Shown here: one piece after another, positions 17,530 through 26,326 of the stretch
How positions within the stretch are numbered: the stretch's first letter is position 1
Layout of the letters: each line of letters starts with the position of its first letter
NCBI GenBank assembly: GCA_964543815.1
Contig: CAZIZG010000004.1
Coordinates: forward strand, 5,438-69,437
Direction: 5' to 3'
DNA length: 64,000 nt
Source of the DNA: an uncultured Bdellovibrionales bacterium
GTDB taxonomy: Bacteria > Patescibacteriota > Minisyncoccia > Moranbacterales > UBA1568
Program-made: the position numbers and the translations under genes
Notes under the pieces: generated by a model
Databases searched by the model: none
Told to the model about the DNA's origin: nothing
What the model saw: the letters and a program-made list of their open reading frames with translations, nothing else

Positions 17530-19278
17530 TCAGGAAAAGGTGAAGGCATACACCGCTACTCCAGGCGATACCAGGAGTTCAAGTGTATGTTCCCCAGAAG
17601 TTCCCTGTATCAATTCATAGAGGCGATCTTCATGAACCGTGACAACTCCCTCTCGCACATCAATACCAGAAATAGCTTTCTCAAGCGGTTTTCCATCCAT
17701 AACTATCTGAACCGTTCCAAGTCCAGTTGCTGGTGGTGCCATCACGAGAAAAACTTTTTTTCCCTGAAATCGAAGTTGTAATCGTGCCTTCTCTCCGGCG
17801 ATGGCTCGTTCTTGCTCCACTAACCACTCACCTCCAAAACCAAAAGTGTCGGACAGAAGCGCCTTTGGTAAGGTAAAGTGCTGTTTGGTACCTATCACCT
17901 GTTCGGATGAAGAAAAACGCTCCATACGTTTTGATCCGAGATATGTTTCCGGTGTTTGTGGTTCAGGGACCAGTCTATCCCCTGAGTGATTATCCGTCAC
18001 ATCCCCCTCTATTTCCTGCCCCGCCTCACCCAGGAGAAGTTGAATTGCTCGCTCCGTTTCCTCATACCCTCCTTCGCCAAAGTGATACTGCCGAACGTTC
18101 CCTGAAGCATCAATCAGATAGTGGGCTGGCCAGTATCGATTATGATAGGCCTGCCATGTTCCGTAGGAATTATCCTGAGCTACCGGATACGTAATCCCGT
18201 ATCGCACGAGGGCATCCGCCACATTGGCTGTTTTCTTCTCAAACTCAAACTCTGGAGTATGGACACCAATAATAACGAGTCCTTTGTCTTGATAGCGCTC
18301 ATACCATTGCGTAAGGTACGGCAGTGTCCGTACGCAATTGATACAGCTGTATGTCCAAAAATCAATGAGGACAACCTTGCCACGAAGTTCCCCAAGTGTG
18401 AGAGGTCGATCGATATTGAGCCAATTCATAATACCCGTAAACTCCGGGGCCATTCCATAGTTCTCTAGTACCGGCATTTGTTTTGATGGCACATCCGGCA
18501 CCTTAAACGGTGACTCTTGTGTCTCTTTCCGAAGGCTATCCAAGGCTTGAGTCACAATGCCATTTGTTTGAAAACGATCTAAAAACGTAATGCCATTTGC
18601 AGAACAAAACTCAGCAAAACGTACCTGAAGTTTCTGATCATAACCCGTATAAATAGCTAGAGCAGAAAATATCGTGAGAACCCCGAAAGCCTGTTGGATT
18701 CTTGTTGTATAGGGAGCAAAAATTCGTGTGCGTCGAAGCACCTGCTGACCAAGCACGGTCAAAATAAAGAGAGGTACCCCCACTCCCGAAACAAAAGCGA
18801 CCGTAACAAGAACCGTTGAGATACTCAGTGCTTGAGTCGCGGCCAACGTGGCTACTGTGGCCAGAATAGGTCCAGCACATGGCGACCAAATGATACCTAG
18901 AGCGAAGCCTGTTATTAACCCTCCCTTAAAGCCCGACTGCTTTCCTAGTATCTCGCCACCGAGATAAGAAAAGCGACTCACGAACGCCTCCAACATGATT
19001 CCTATCCCCGGTACTACCATGGTAACACCGAGTAAGCTTATGACAATAACCGCAAAGAGACGAAGCGTGTCTGGATCGATCGGGACAACACGAAGCAACG
19101 AAGAAAGCGCCAAGGTAAAAAAAGTAAAACTAGTAACAAGGCCCGCGACAATACCAATAGGCCGCCGCTCACCACCAGAAACCCCAACTGAAAGGATAAT
19201 AGGAAGAAGCGGCCAAATACAAGGAGCAAATATAGTTACGACACCAGATAAGAAAGCGAAGAGGATAAGTAGAATCAT
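17530..19278 (-). CDS. dipZ: DipZ (CcdA membrane domain, thioredoxin-like domain, C-terminal beta domain)
   Basis: APCIWP and WSPCAGPIL; DFWTYSCINC; GVHTPEF; TPETYLG; YAFTFS. Confidence 0.9.
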   Translation of the reverse strand: MILLILFAFLSGVVTIFAPCIWPLLPIILSVGVSGGERRPIGIVAGLVTSFTFFTLALSSLLRVVPIDPDTLRLFAVIVISLLGVTMVVPGIGIMLEAFVSRFSYLGGEILGKQSGFKGGLITGFALGIIWSPCAGPILATVATLAATQALSISTVLVTVAFVSGVGVPLFILTVLGQQVLRRTRIFAPYTTRIQQAFGVLTIFSALAIYTGYDQKLQVRFAEFCSANGITFLDRFQTNGIVTQALDSLRKETQESPFKVPDVPSKQMPVLENYGMAPEFTGIMNWLNIDRPLTLGELRGKVVLIDFWTYSCINCVRTLPYLTQWYERYQDKGLVIIGVHTPEFEFEKKTANVADALVRYGITYPVAQDNSYGTWQAYHNRYWPAHYLIDASGNVRQYHFGEGGYEETERAIQLLLGEAGQEIEGDVTDNHSGDRLVPEPQTPETYLGSKRMERFSSSEQVIGTKQHFTLPKALLSDTFGFGGEWLVEQERAIAGEKARLQLRFQGKKVFLVMAPPATGLGTVQIVMDGKPLEKAISGIDVREGVVTVHEDRLYELIQGTSGEHTLELLVSPGVAVYAFTFS

Positions 19279-19324
19279 AAAATGACGCTAAGGTTGTTAT
19301 CCTATTGTAACACGCCACATACCC

Positions 19325-19353
19325 TTGACTTTTCTCTTTTTTTGCGCTATAAT
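19325..19353 (+). promoter_or_regulatory. Consensus sigma70 promoter
   Basis: TTGACT-17 nt-TATAAT. Confidence 0.75.
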
Positions 19354-19475
19354 GAATGTGTTGAGAAGTGAAAAACGGGTGAGGACGTCCACGTCTACAG
19401 CCCGTTTTTTCTTTCTCAACCCCTCTTTTAACAAAGCCCGCCGGAGGGACGGGCAACATAAATACATACAGACGT

Positions 19476-19643
19476 ATGGAGGAAGTAAAAATGGAGACGC
19501 TTGAGTCTCAGGAGAGTGGTTGCACAACCTGTGCCCACACTGCCAAGGTAGCTCGAGAAAGCGAAGAAGTGGCTCTCGCCTTTCTGCTCGCTCTCATGCC
19601 GGTGATTACCCTCACCTTCTTCGGACAAGTCGGTCTCTTGTAA
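19476..19643 (+). CDS. Unannotated 55-aa protein with CxxC and C-terminal TM helix
   Basis: MEEVKMETLESQESGCTTCAHTAKVARESEEVALAFLLALMPVITLTFFGQVGLL; flanked by its own promoter and terminator. Confidence 0.7.
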   Translation: MEEVKMETLESQESGCTTCAHTAKVARESEEVALAFLLALMPVITLTFFGQVGLL

Positions 19644-19657
19644 GACCGAGTCCCCCG

Positions 19658-19686
19658 CCCCCAGCCTCCGGCTGGGGGTCTTTTTT
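19658..19686 (+). terminator. Intrinsic terminator
   Basis: CCCCCAGCC-TCC-GGCTGGGGG followed by TCTTTTTT. Confidence 0.75.
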
Positions 19687-19708
19687 ATCTTCCTAAAAAT
19701 AAAGGGGG

Positions 19709-20197
19709 CTATCTTTGTAAAATCTTTACTGCCAATCTTTTTTCAAGCAAATACAAATACAGCGTAAAAAGTATGAGTCCTTCCTTCAAAATCATCAGGG
19801 GAAACCATCGTTCAGTACCTACTGGATCAAGCACCGCCCAGCCCAATAGAACACAGAGGGTATACATTACTTCCCAGAACCACTGAGGTGAGTTCGCCCT
19901 TTCGAAGGTATAAGCAAAATTAAAAACAAGCAAGGCTCCGTAGGCAAGCAGGAGAAACCACCAAATTTCCTCCGGTATAAACACCTCGGCCTCTTGATAA
20001 GTAACAGCGGCTACCTCATCTATTCGTGGTCCATCAATCTCTGATATCCGAAGGGGTGTTAAGCGAGACAACGATATATCTGAAGAAAAAAAGAAAAGTG
20101 ACGCCCCTTCAATTAAAAGAAGACTCACTAGTAACAAAACGACACGAAAGCGTGTTAATAGGTGTCTACAGGTTTCCATAGGAGTAAGTATGTTCAA
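19709..20197 (-). CDS. Hypothetical membrane protein in sortase operon
   Basis: About 4 hydrophobic segments; start overlaps the sortase stop codon. Confidence 0.7.
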   Translation of the reverse strand: MNILTPMETCRHLLTRFRVVLLLVSLLLIEGASLFFFSSDISLSRLTPLRISEIDGPRIDEVAAVTYQEAEVFIPEEIWWFLLLAYGALLVFNFAYTFERANSPQWFWEVMYTLCVLLGWAVLDPVGTERWFPLMILKEGLILFTLYLYLLEKRLAVKILQR

Positions 20198-20853
20198 TAA
20201 TTTTCATTCTGTGCGGCGATAACCAAGAGTCTTTCAAGAGTCGTACCGGCTGGATAGCACGTCATGAGAGTAAGTGTTCTGCTATTCCTATTCCCTGAAA
20301 GATATTCCACTTGCTCGGGCTTCACCCTTTTCTTTTCAATGACATGATACGCTATTCTCTTTTTCTGATAAAAAACAACTATTTCATCCCCCTGTTGCAG
20401 TTTATCAATCAGATAGAAGAGGGCATTGTAACGATTGGCCTGAAATGCATCGATGCCCGAATGAGCAAAGAAAAAAACGTTTCCGAAATCACCAGGGCTG
20501 GCTGTTCCCTTTGCTTGGGCCACCCCTAAAGTAAGCGCTTGTTGATACTCAGATGGGTTGCGCCAATCAACATCTGGAATTACTACTGCATTGGCACCAA
20601 TCTTAGGAATTACTATCCCAAATTCCTCACTGACGGGTATAAGTACCTGGGACGAGTCAAGCTTCCGATCTTGCCGTTCCGTCTCTGTCATAACTTTCTT
20701 CCCTTCCTGTGAAGGAAGCAACTGATACTTTGCTTCTTCTTTCAAGACGGGGAAAAAATGCAAAAAGAGCAGAAAAACAGACACTACCACAAGGGCAATG
20801 CCTGTTTTTTCGATCCAAAAGCCACTGATACATTCACTACTCTGACTGGACAT
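20194..20853 (-). CDS. Sortase
   Basis: GNVFFFAHS, LTLMTCYP..RL catalytic His/Cys/Arg; N-terminal TM; start uncertain (ORF open to 20913). Confidence 0.9.
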   Translation of the reverse strand: MSSQSSECISGFWIEKTGIALVVVSVFLLFLHFFPVLKEEAKYQLLPSQEGKKVMTETERQDRKLDSSQVLIPVSEEFGIVIPKIGANAVVIPDVDWRNPSEYQQALTLGVAQAKGTASPGDFGNVFFFAHSGIDAFQANRYNALFYLIDKLQQGDEIVVFYQKKRIAYHVIEKKRVKPEQVEYLSGNRNSRTLTLMTCYPAGTTLERLLVIAAQNENY

Positions 20854-23800
20854 GCTTGTTGTGATAAGCGTGATATCCGATATACCCGACAAGACCGATA
20901 ATAAAAATTCCAAAAAGCAATCGCCACGGACGCGCTTTTAGATTATCCTGCAAACTGTCACCTTCTCCAGGAGTCTCGGTCGTATCACCCAGAACTGATT
21001 TCTGATTCAAGATAGCGTCTTCATTATCCTTTCCAGACTCCTGAACAGTGGCTACTCCTTCCACTTGGCCCTCAATCACAGCTCTGTCCTGAGAAACAGG
21101 GATAGCTCCTGATGATGCAGAGGCCTCCTGAAGCGTCACCGTGGTTGTTTTTTTCTTAATTATCGTATGAGTATCAACATTAACATCTTTATCCCCCACA
21201 AAACCCGAATCATTCCCGTTGACGGCCACTGCTCGCATAGCATAATACGCGTCATTGCTGCACCCCGGAGCAACCTCAACAAAGCCACCGTTTGTATTAG
21301 AACCAATGATTTGCTCATCCACCTTGGTCGCTGCATCAGCAATAAACGTCGTTTCAAAGGAACGATAGAGTTCAACTTTTACTGTCTTGCCACCGTCATC
21401 GGCCGTTGTAAACGTAATAACATTTTGGCAAGAGGCATCACTCCGCTGATAATGAGAGGGGACACCTGGTAACAAAGAGGCCAGTGTCAACGAGACGTGA
21501 TTGCTTTCAGCGGTCTCATTACCAAAACCAGAAGCACGTACCTTTACGTAAAACTCATACAATCCATCAGTAGGCATCACACTACTATCAATCTGACAAT
21601 CACCCGAGTTTCCTCCAAAACTTGATGGCAGCACCATTGAAACAAAAGGTGATACATCGCTATTCTTGTAGCACTCCACGGTGAGAGGCCGTCCCAAAAC
21701 ATCAAGTGTCACGAAACCTATCTTCTGTGTAGCAGAATCCACTACCAATTTTGGAGTTTCAATTTTCACAGAAAGTCCGGCCGCCTGCACTGTATGTGGT
21801 GAAAGTATCACTATCCCCAACAAAATAAGAACTGGTGTCATCATTTTCTTTCGACGCGATACATAGACAAGCATCAACCCAATGACGATGCCTAATACTG
21901 ATAAAAGAGGTGTATTGATACTCGCTCCCGTCATTGGTAATATCGTCGTTGCCCCAAGTACGTATTGTGTCTTTTTCTGTGTTTTTTCTACCTGCTTGTT
22001 TTCGTTATCCTCCGGTATCACTACTATCTGCTTATTCGGAAGAACAACGTTGACCTCTGTCCCAACAAAGGGGTCAGCCACGCTATTTGCTAGGATTGTC
22101 TCGGTATCAGCACTCCCCCTCGCAAAAGCCAAATCCCGATAGAGGCCAGCGTCTTGAGCATCACTAATCTTTGTTTTGTAAGTAAGAGTCTTTGTTTCAC
22201 CAGCAACCATATCACCCAAATCCCAAATTCCTGGCGAAGCATACTCATGGAGGAACGGTGCCCCTTCACCACTGCCTGGTACATAGACAAATCCCTCCGG
22301 TGGCAGATCTGTTACCGTCACATTGTCTACTGCTCCCTCCAAGGCTGTCACCTCAAGGGTATACGCCACTTCATTACCAGGAACCTCATCCCCAATACTA
22401 TTATTGAACTTACGGAGCTGCAGTCGTGGTACCCGCTCCTTCTCTCTTTTGACATTCCAGGCCACACAATAATACGTTGATGCATTTTCCGAGGCATCCA
22501 TGAAGTCATAGTTATCATAATTCACTACGTCTTTATGACAGTAGAATTCAGCAGAGACATCATCGCTATTGGGATCTTCCGAATTTTTACCGTAGGTAAA
22601 CGGGATATACTGATCACTCCAAATCTCCCGGACCCAAAGAAGCGGCGAACTCTTCAGATCAACATCAACACTCGCTTCACCACTCACACCAGTAGGTCCA
22701 AAGGTATGCCAGTCAGGACTGGCTGACTCACCGGTGTTATCACCAGGATTATCATTACTATAGTAAGCCCACTGAAATCGCCAATCCTCCTCAAAGCGGC
22801 ATCCTTCATGAGTATTTACCCAATCAGTAGCCGTTATTGCTGTCATATCCGGACCACCCAAGCCGTAGTTAGGTAAATCACTCTCGCTCTCACAAACAAT
22901 CTTGGTAGCTACAATGTGAGCAACCTGCTGATTCTTAAAAGTACACGTTACGGTTTCACCTGGGTTCAAATCAATGGCATTAGGCTTACTTCCATCACTA
23001 CAAAAAGCGCTTTCGAGCCTCCAGCCAGTCATCGGTAATTCCGTCACCGAGTACGTACCGGAGGTAAGGCTCCCCCTACTGTATTCTTCACCATCAGTCA
23101 GGGAAAATCCTCCTTCAGAGAAGTTCGTGCTAAAAGAAAATATCTGGTCACTCCCTGCCGGATCTGTTTGCTTTTTAACTATAATCTTCGCAGGCTTTTC
23201 AACATTCCACGCCACACAGTAATACGTTCCACCAGCAACCGGCCGATCAATCCAGTCCCAATTATCATAATTCACCACGTCTTTATGACAGTAGAATTCG
23301 GCCGTGACATTATCATTATTCGGTTCTTCCGGATTCTTACCATAAGTAAACGGGATGTAGTTTTCATCCCAGACTTCACGTAACCAGACTGGTCGCGTTG
23401 CATCACCCTCGAAACCAGCCAATGGCACAATGGTAGTACCACTGAAGACATGCCAATCGCCACTAGTCACACCCGTATTATCTCCAGGATTGGGTACGCC
23501 ATCATAACTCCACTCAAATTGCCAATCACGCTTTATATGGCAACCAGGGTGGGTCGCCACCCATAAACTCGCTGTTACTGCTGTCATATCCGGACCACCC
23601 AAGCCGTAGTTAGGTAAATCACTCTCGCTCTCACAAACAATCTTGGTAGCTACAATTTCAATCGGAGCATCATCATTGGTTATAACACAATAAGCATCAC
23701 CACCAGCCTGAAGCTGGCCTTCACAGCCCTTACTATAACTGGTTTCATATCCAAGAGCTGGCTCCTCTGTCACTCCGTACGATCCTGGCAATAAGACAAG

Positions 23801-26110
23801 ATCGCTAGTACCATCACTATCAAAAGCTGCAGCCTCTCCCTCATTCAACACATAAGAAAAGTCTTCTGGACGACCAGTGCCGCCATCATCATTTATCACT
23901 ACTTTAGTAATATGAAGCGTTCCTGGATTTGCAACAAGATGACAATCTTGAGAACAGGAGTATTGTCCACCCTCTACTCCCCCGTCACACTCCTCACTCT
24001 CTTGGTTCACCATATTATCCCCACAGTAAGGATCAGCTACTATTTTTGTATTGGTATAAGTACAAGTAATATTTTCTCCTGGCATTAGAGTAATATCCGC
24101 TGTAGCATTCGCTGGCATATCAAGAGAAACATTCGATGCAACACAGTTCATGTCCGAAAGTTCCCAGCCAGAAACCGCATTTTCCGTAAAGGAATACTGT
24201 CCCGGCAAGAGTGAGGAGAAACTTACGGTATTAGAAAGTCCATTTTCATTATCACCATCATCATCAAGCACAAAACTACTTATTTCAGTTCCTGTTGTTG
24301 TGAAAGAAAAATCCTGTACATCATTAGGTACGGCATTTTTCACAATAGTAATCGAGCCTCTCTTTACAGCATTACTGAAGGTGCAAACCGTAGCGCTATC
24401 AGCCACTACCCGTACCAAAGCCCCCGCTCCCTCTGGCAATAGAGTACAATTCGCCCCAGAAACCTCGGCGATGCTATACGATGCCAGACCAATTTCTGTG
24501 ATAGTGTGCTGCCCAGTCGGAACCGCACCAAAGTCTACTAACCCATTCGTATCAGCTGTAATAGGCGCATTGTTATCCAGCTGAAAACTCCATGCTGAGA
24601 GTGAGGAACCATCATCAACTATTTTCACTACTTTTAAACTTCCTGTCGCCACGCAGTTGTTATTCCACACAGCCTGACCGCCCGCATCCCAATTTTGACC
24701 AGGATAGTGAGTCTCCCCTACCACAAAGGCCGGGATAATATCCGCGCTATGCTCGGTAGCATGAGCACTACCCATCACTGAATCATCATCTACCTGTATC
24801 GATTCATAACCATTGGCAGCAGTATCCGGCGGAGTAGCATGACAAATAGTAATCGGCACGTGTTGTACCACCGGAGTAGCCACTACCTCAAAGGCATCAG
24901 AGAAAGTAGTAGGCCCGGTACAGCCAGAGGTACCGTATTCTTTCAGCTCCGCTGCCCAATGGGTAGAAACCGTGGCACTTCCTGGTAGAACATAAGTGGC
25001 TGAATATGTTGTCACTCCATCGCCTGGATTGAAACAACTGCTATTAGGAATAGAAAATGAGCTTCCTACTGGAGGATTAATAAAAATTTTATAAAACTTA
25101 CTATCATTGAGACCAGTCGCCTTTACGTAGACTGTATCTCCTGGCATATAGCTACTTTTATCAACAGAAAATGCCACATCGCCATACGTAGCCACAAACA
25201 AGGTAAAGTGATCCAGGTTTACACTTACCGCTGTATCATTTTTCTCTATATATCTATCAGAAACAGTGGCTGCGTGTTCAATATCAGTGGCATCTTCAGT
25301 ATATTTTACTCGAACATCCTTTTTTTCGCCTTTTGGAATAGGGAGAGTAAGCGTATAGGCAAACGTCCCATTCTCCATAGAAGAAGTGACTTCATAGGCC
25401 GTATGAGAAAACGCTCCAAGGAGAGCCACTTGTTCATCCGACAGTGTCACTGTTTCAATAGAGAGGGTTCCTGAATCATCTGGCAACTTAGTAAAAACTA
25501 CCGTTACTCCGTCATTTTGCGGAGCTACATACTTTTCATTGAGAATAACCTTATGCCTTGTTGTGGCTTTTTTTCCGTTCTGTTCCCAGATGGAGATGGA
25601 ATCGTCCTTCATTTTTATTGAGGGCCCCTCCTGTTCTGTTGTTTCAACCACACTCTCAGTTTTTGTGGCTGAAAAATCCGTCAGGGGCACTGGTTCGGCT
25701 GAGACCTGGTCAGTCTCATTCGATACTGACTCCTCTCCCGCCTCTTCAGCCAACTCTCCTCCCAACACTAAAGCAGCTGACGCCATTCCATCGGAATCAT
25801 TTAGCGAAGGCTCTGAAGTAACCACTTCGGTAGCGGAATGTTCGTCATTCTTTTTTATCTCTGTTTCTTTCTCAGTTTCATTTTTTTCAGAATCCAATTC
25901 TGTTCCTTGCTTGTCATCTGAAACTGCCATTACCTCTGATACTACCTCTTCATCAGCCGCCACCGCCACACTCTTACTCAAGGAAAAAGTTCCTGAAACA
26001 CCTGCCACACTTATCGGTTGTAACACCAGGGCGAATATTACCCCTAAATTTAATCCCCTCTCCAAAAGAACGCGTGCTCCTCGTTTCATACCTTTTCGGA
26101 ATATCCGCAT
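20837..26110 (-). CDS. Large multidomain surface protein (SpaA/prealbumin-like and DUF11-like modules, Cys-rich motif, internal LPXTG)
   Basis: Signal peptide; repeated I.V.K...TC.F.N modules; CGD..VNQ..EECD; VTVTDLPPEGF; LPMTG-TM-RRKK; C-terminal VLGD...TM. Confidence 0.88.
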   Translation of the reverse strand: MRIFRKGMKRGARVLLERGLNLGVIFALVLQPISVAGVSGTFSLSKSVAVAADEEVVSEVMAVSDDKQGTELDSEKNETEKETEIKKNDEHSATEVVTSEPSLNDSDGMASAALVLGGELAEEAGEESVSNETDQVSAEPVPLTDFSATKTESVVETTEQEGPSIKMKDDSISIWEQNGKKATTRHKVILNEKYVAPQNDGVTVVFTKLPDDSGTLSIETVTLSDEQVALLGAFSHTAYEVTSSMENGTFAYTLTLPIPKGEKKDVRVKYTEDATDIEHAATVSDRYIEKNDTAVSVNLDHFTLFVATYGDVAFSVDKSSYMPGDTVYVKATGLNDSKFYKIFINPPVGSSFSIPNSSCFNPGDGVTTYSATYVLPGSATVSTHWAAELKEYGTSGCTGPTTFSDAFEVVATPVVQHVPITICHATPPDTAANGYESIQVDDDSVMGSAHATEHSADIIPAFVVGETHYPGQNWDAGGQAVWNNNCVATGSLKVVKIVDDGSSLSAWSFQLDNNAPITADTNGLVDFGAVPTGQHTITEIGLASYSIAEVSGANCTLLPEGAGALVRVVADSATVCTFSNAVKRGSITIVKNAVPNDVQDFSFTTTGTEISSFVLDDDGDNENGLSNTVSFSSLLPGQYSFTENAVSGWELSDMNCVASNVSLDMPANATADITLMPGENITCTYTNTKIVADPYCGDNMVNQESEECDGGVEGGQYSCSQDCHLVANPGTLHITKVVINDDGGTGRPEDFSYVLNEGEAAAFDSDGTSDLVLLPGSYGVTEEPALGYETSYSKGCEGQLQAGGDAYCVITNDDAPIEIVATKIVCESESDLPNYGLGGPDMTAVTASLWVATHPGCHIKRDWQFEWSYDGVPNPGDNTGVTSGDWHVFSGTTIVPLAGFEGDATRPVWLREVWDENYIPFTYGKNPEEPNNDNVTAEFYCHKDVVNYDNWDWIDRPVAGGTYYCVAWNVEKPAKIIVKKQTDPAGSDQIFSFSTNFSEGGFSLTDGEEYSRGSLTSGTYSVTELPMTGWRLESAFCSDGSKPNAIDLNPGETVTCTFKNQQVAHIVATKIVCESESDLPNYGLGGPDMTAITATDWVNTHEGCRFEEDWRFQWAYYSNDNPGDNTGESASPDWHTFGPTGVSGEASVDVDLKSSPLLWVREIWSDQYIPFTYGKNSEDPNSDDVSAEFYCHKDVVNYDNYDFMDASENASTYYCVAWNVKREKERVPRLQLRKFNNSIGDEVPGNEVAYTLEVTALEGAVDNVTVTDLPPEGFVYVPGSGEGAPFLHEYASPGIWDLGDMVAGETKTLTYKTKISDAQDAGLYRDLAFARGSADTETILANSVADPFVGTEVNVVLPNKQIVVIPEDNENKQVEKTQKKTQYVLGATTILPMTGASINTPLLSVLGIVIGLMLVYVSRRKKMMTPVLILLGIVILSPHTVQAAGLSVKIETPKLVVDSATQKIGFVTLDVLGRPLTVECYKNSDVSPFVSMVLPSSFGGNSGDCQIDSSVMPTDGLYEFYVKVRASGFGNETAESNHVSLTLASLLPGVPSHYQRSDASCQNVITFTTADDGGKTVKVELYRSFETTFIADAATKVDEQIIGSNTNGGFVEVAPGCSNDAYYAMRAVAVNGNDSGFVGDKDVNVDTHTIIKKKTTTVTLQEASASSGAIPVSQDRAVIEGQVEGVATVQESGKDNEDAILNQKSVLGDTTETPGEGDSLQDNLKARPWRLLFGIFIIGLVGYIGYHAYHNKHVQSE
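22838..23656. repeat. Identical 78-bp direct repeats within a duplicated domain
   Basis: 22838-22915 equals 23579-23656 (IVATKIVCESESDLPNYGLGGPDMTA). Confidence 0.9.
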
Positions 26111-26287
26111 ACATGTTTACTAAAAATAAAGCGACAGGGCGGCATATTTTAAAAAATAATTTCTACACCAGCCATGAATGAGAAAGTAAAGTACTTTGTG
26201 AGCAGCTTTCATATCAGACTATTCCCCAGACTTTCTTCTGTCAAGTTATTTTTTCAACATATTTTTTAAACAATGTCAACAATAAGA

Positions 26288-26314
26288 AAAGCCACCCTTG
26301 GCGAGGGTGGCTTT
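26288..26314 (-). terminator. Terminator after typA
   Basis: AAAGCCACCCT-TGGCG-AGGGTGGCTTT. Confidence 0.7.
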
Positions 26315-26326
26315 ATTTCCTGAACA

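Noticed and set aside
19431-19475. c-di-GMP-I riboswitch in the small-ORF leader
   Set aside because: The hairpin is only superficially similar; GGCAAA, the GAAA tetraloop and GACGCAAA are absent.
23020-23050. Second LPMTG sorting signal in the 1757-aa protein
   Set aside because: It lies inside a beta-sandwich module (YSVTELPMTGWRLES) with no following TM helix or basic tail.
22838-23656. Diversity-generating retroelement TR/VR pair
   Set aside because: The copies are identical rather than differing at adenines, both are coding, and there is no reverse transcriptase in the window.
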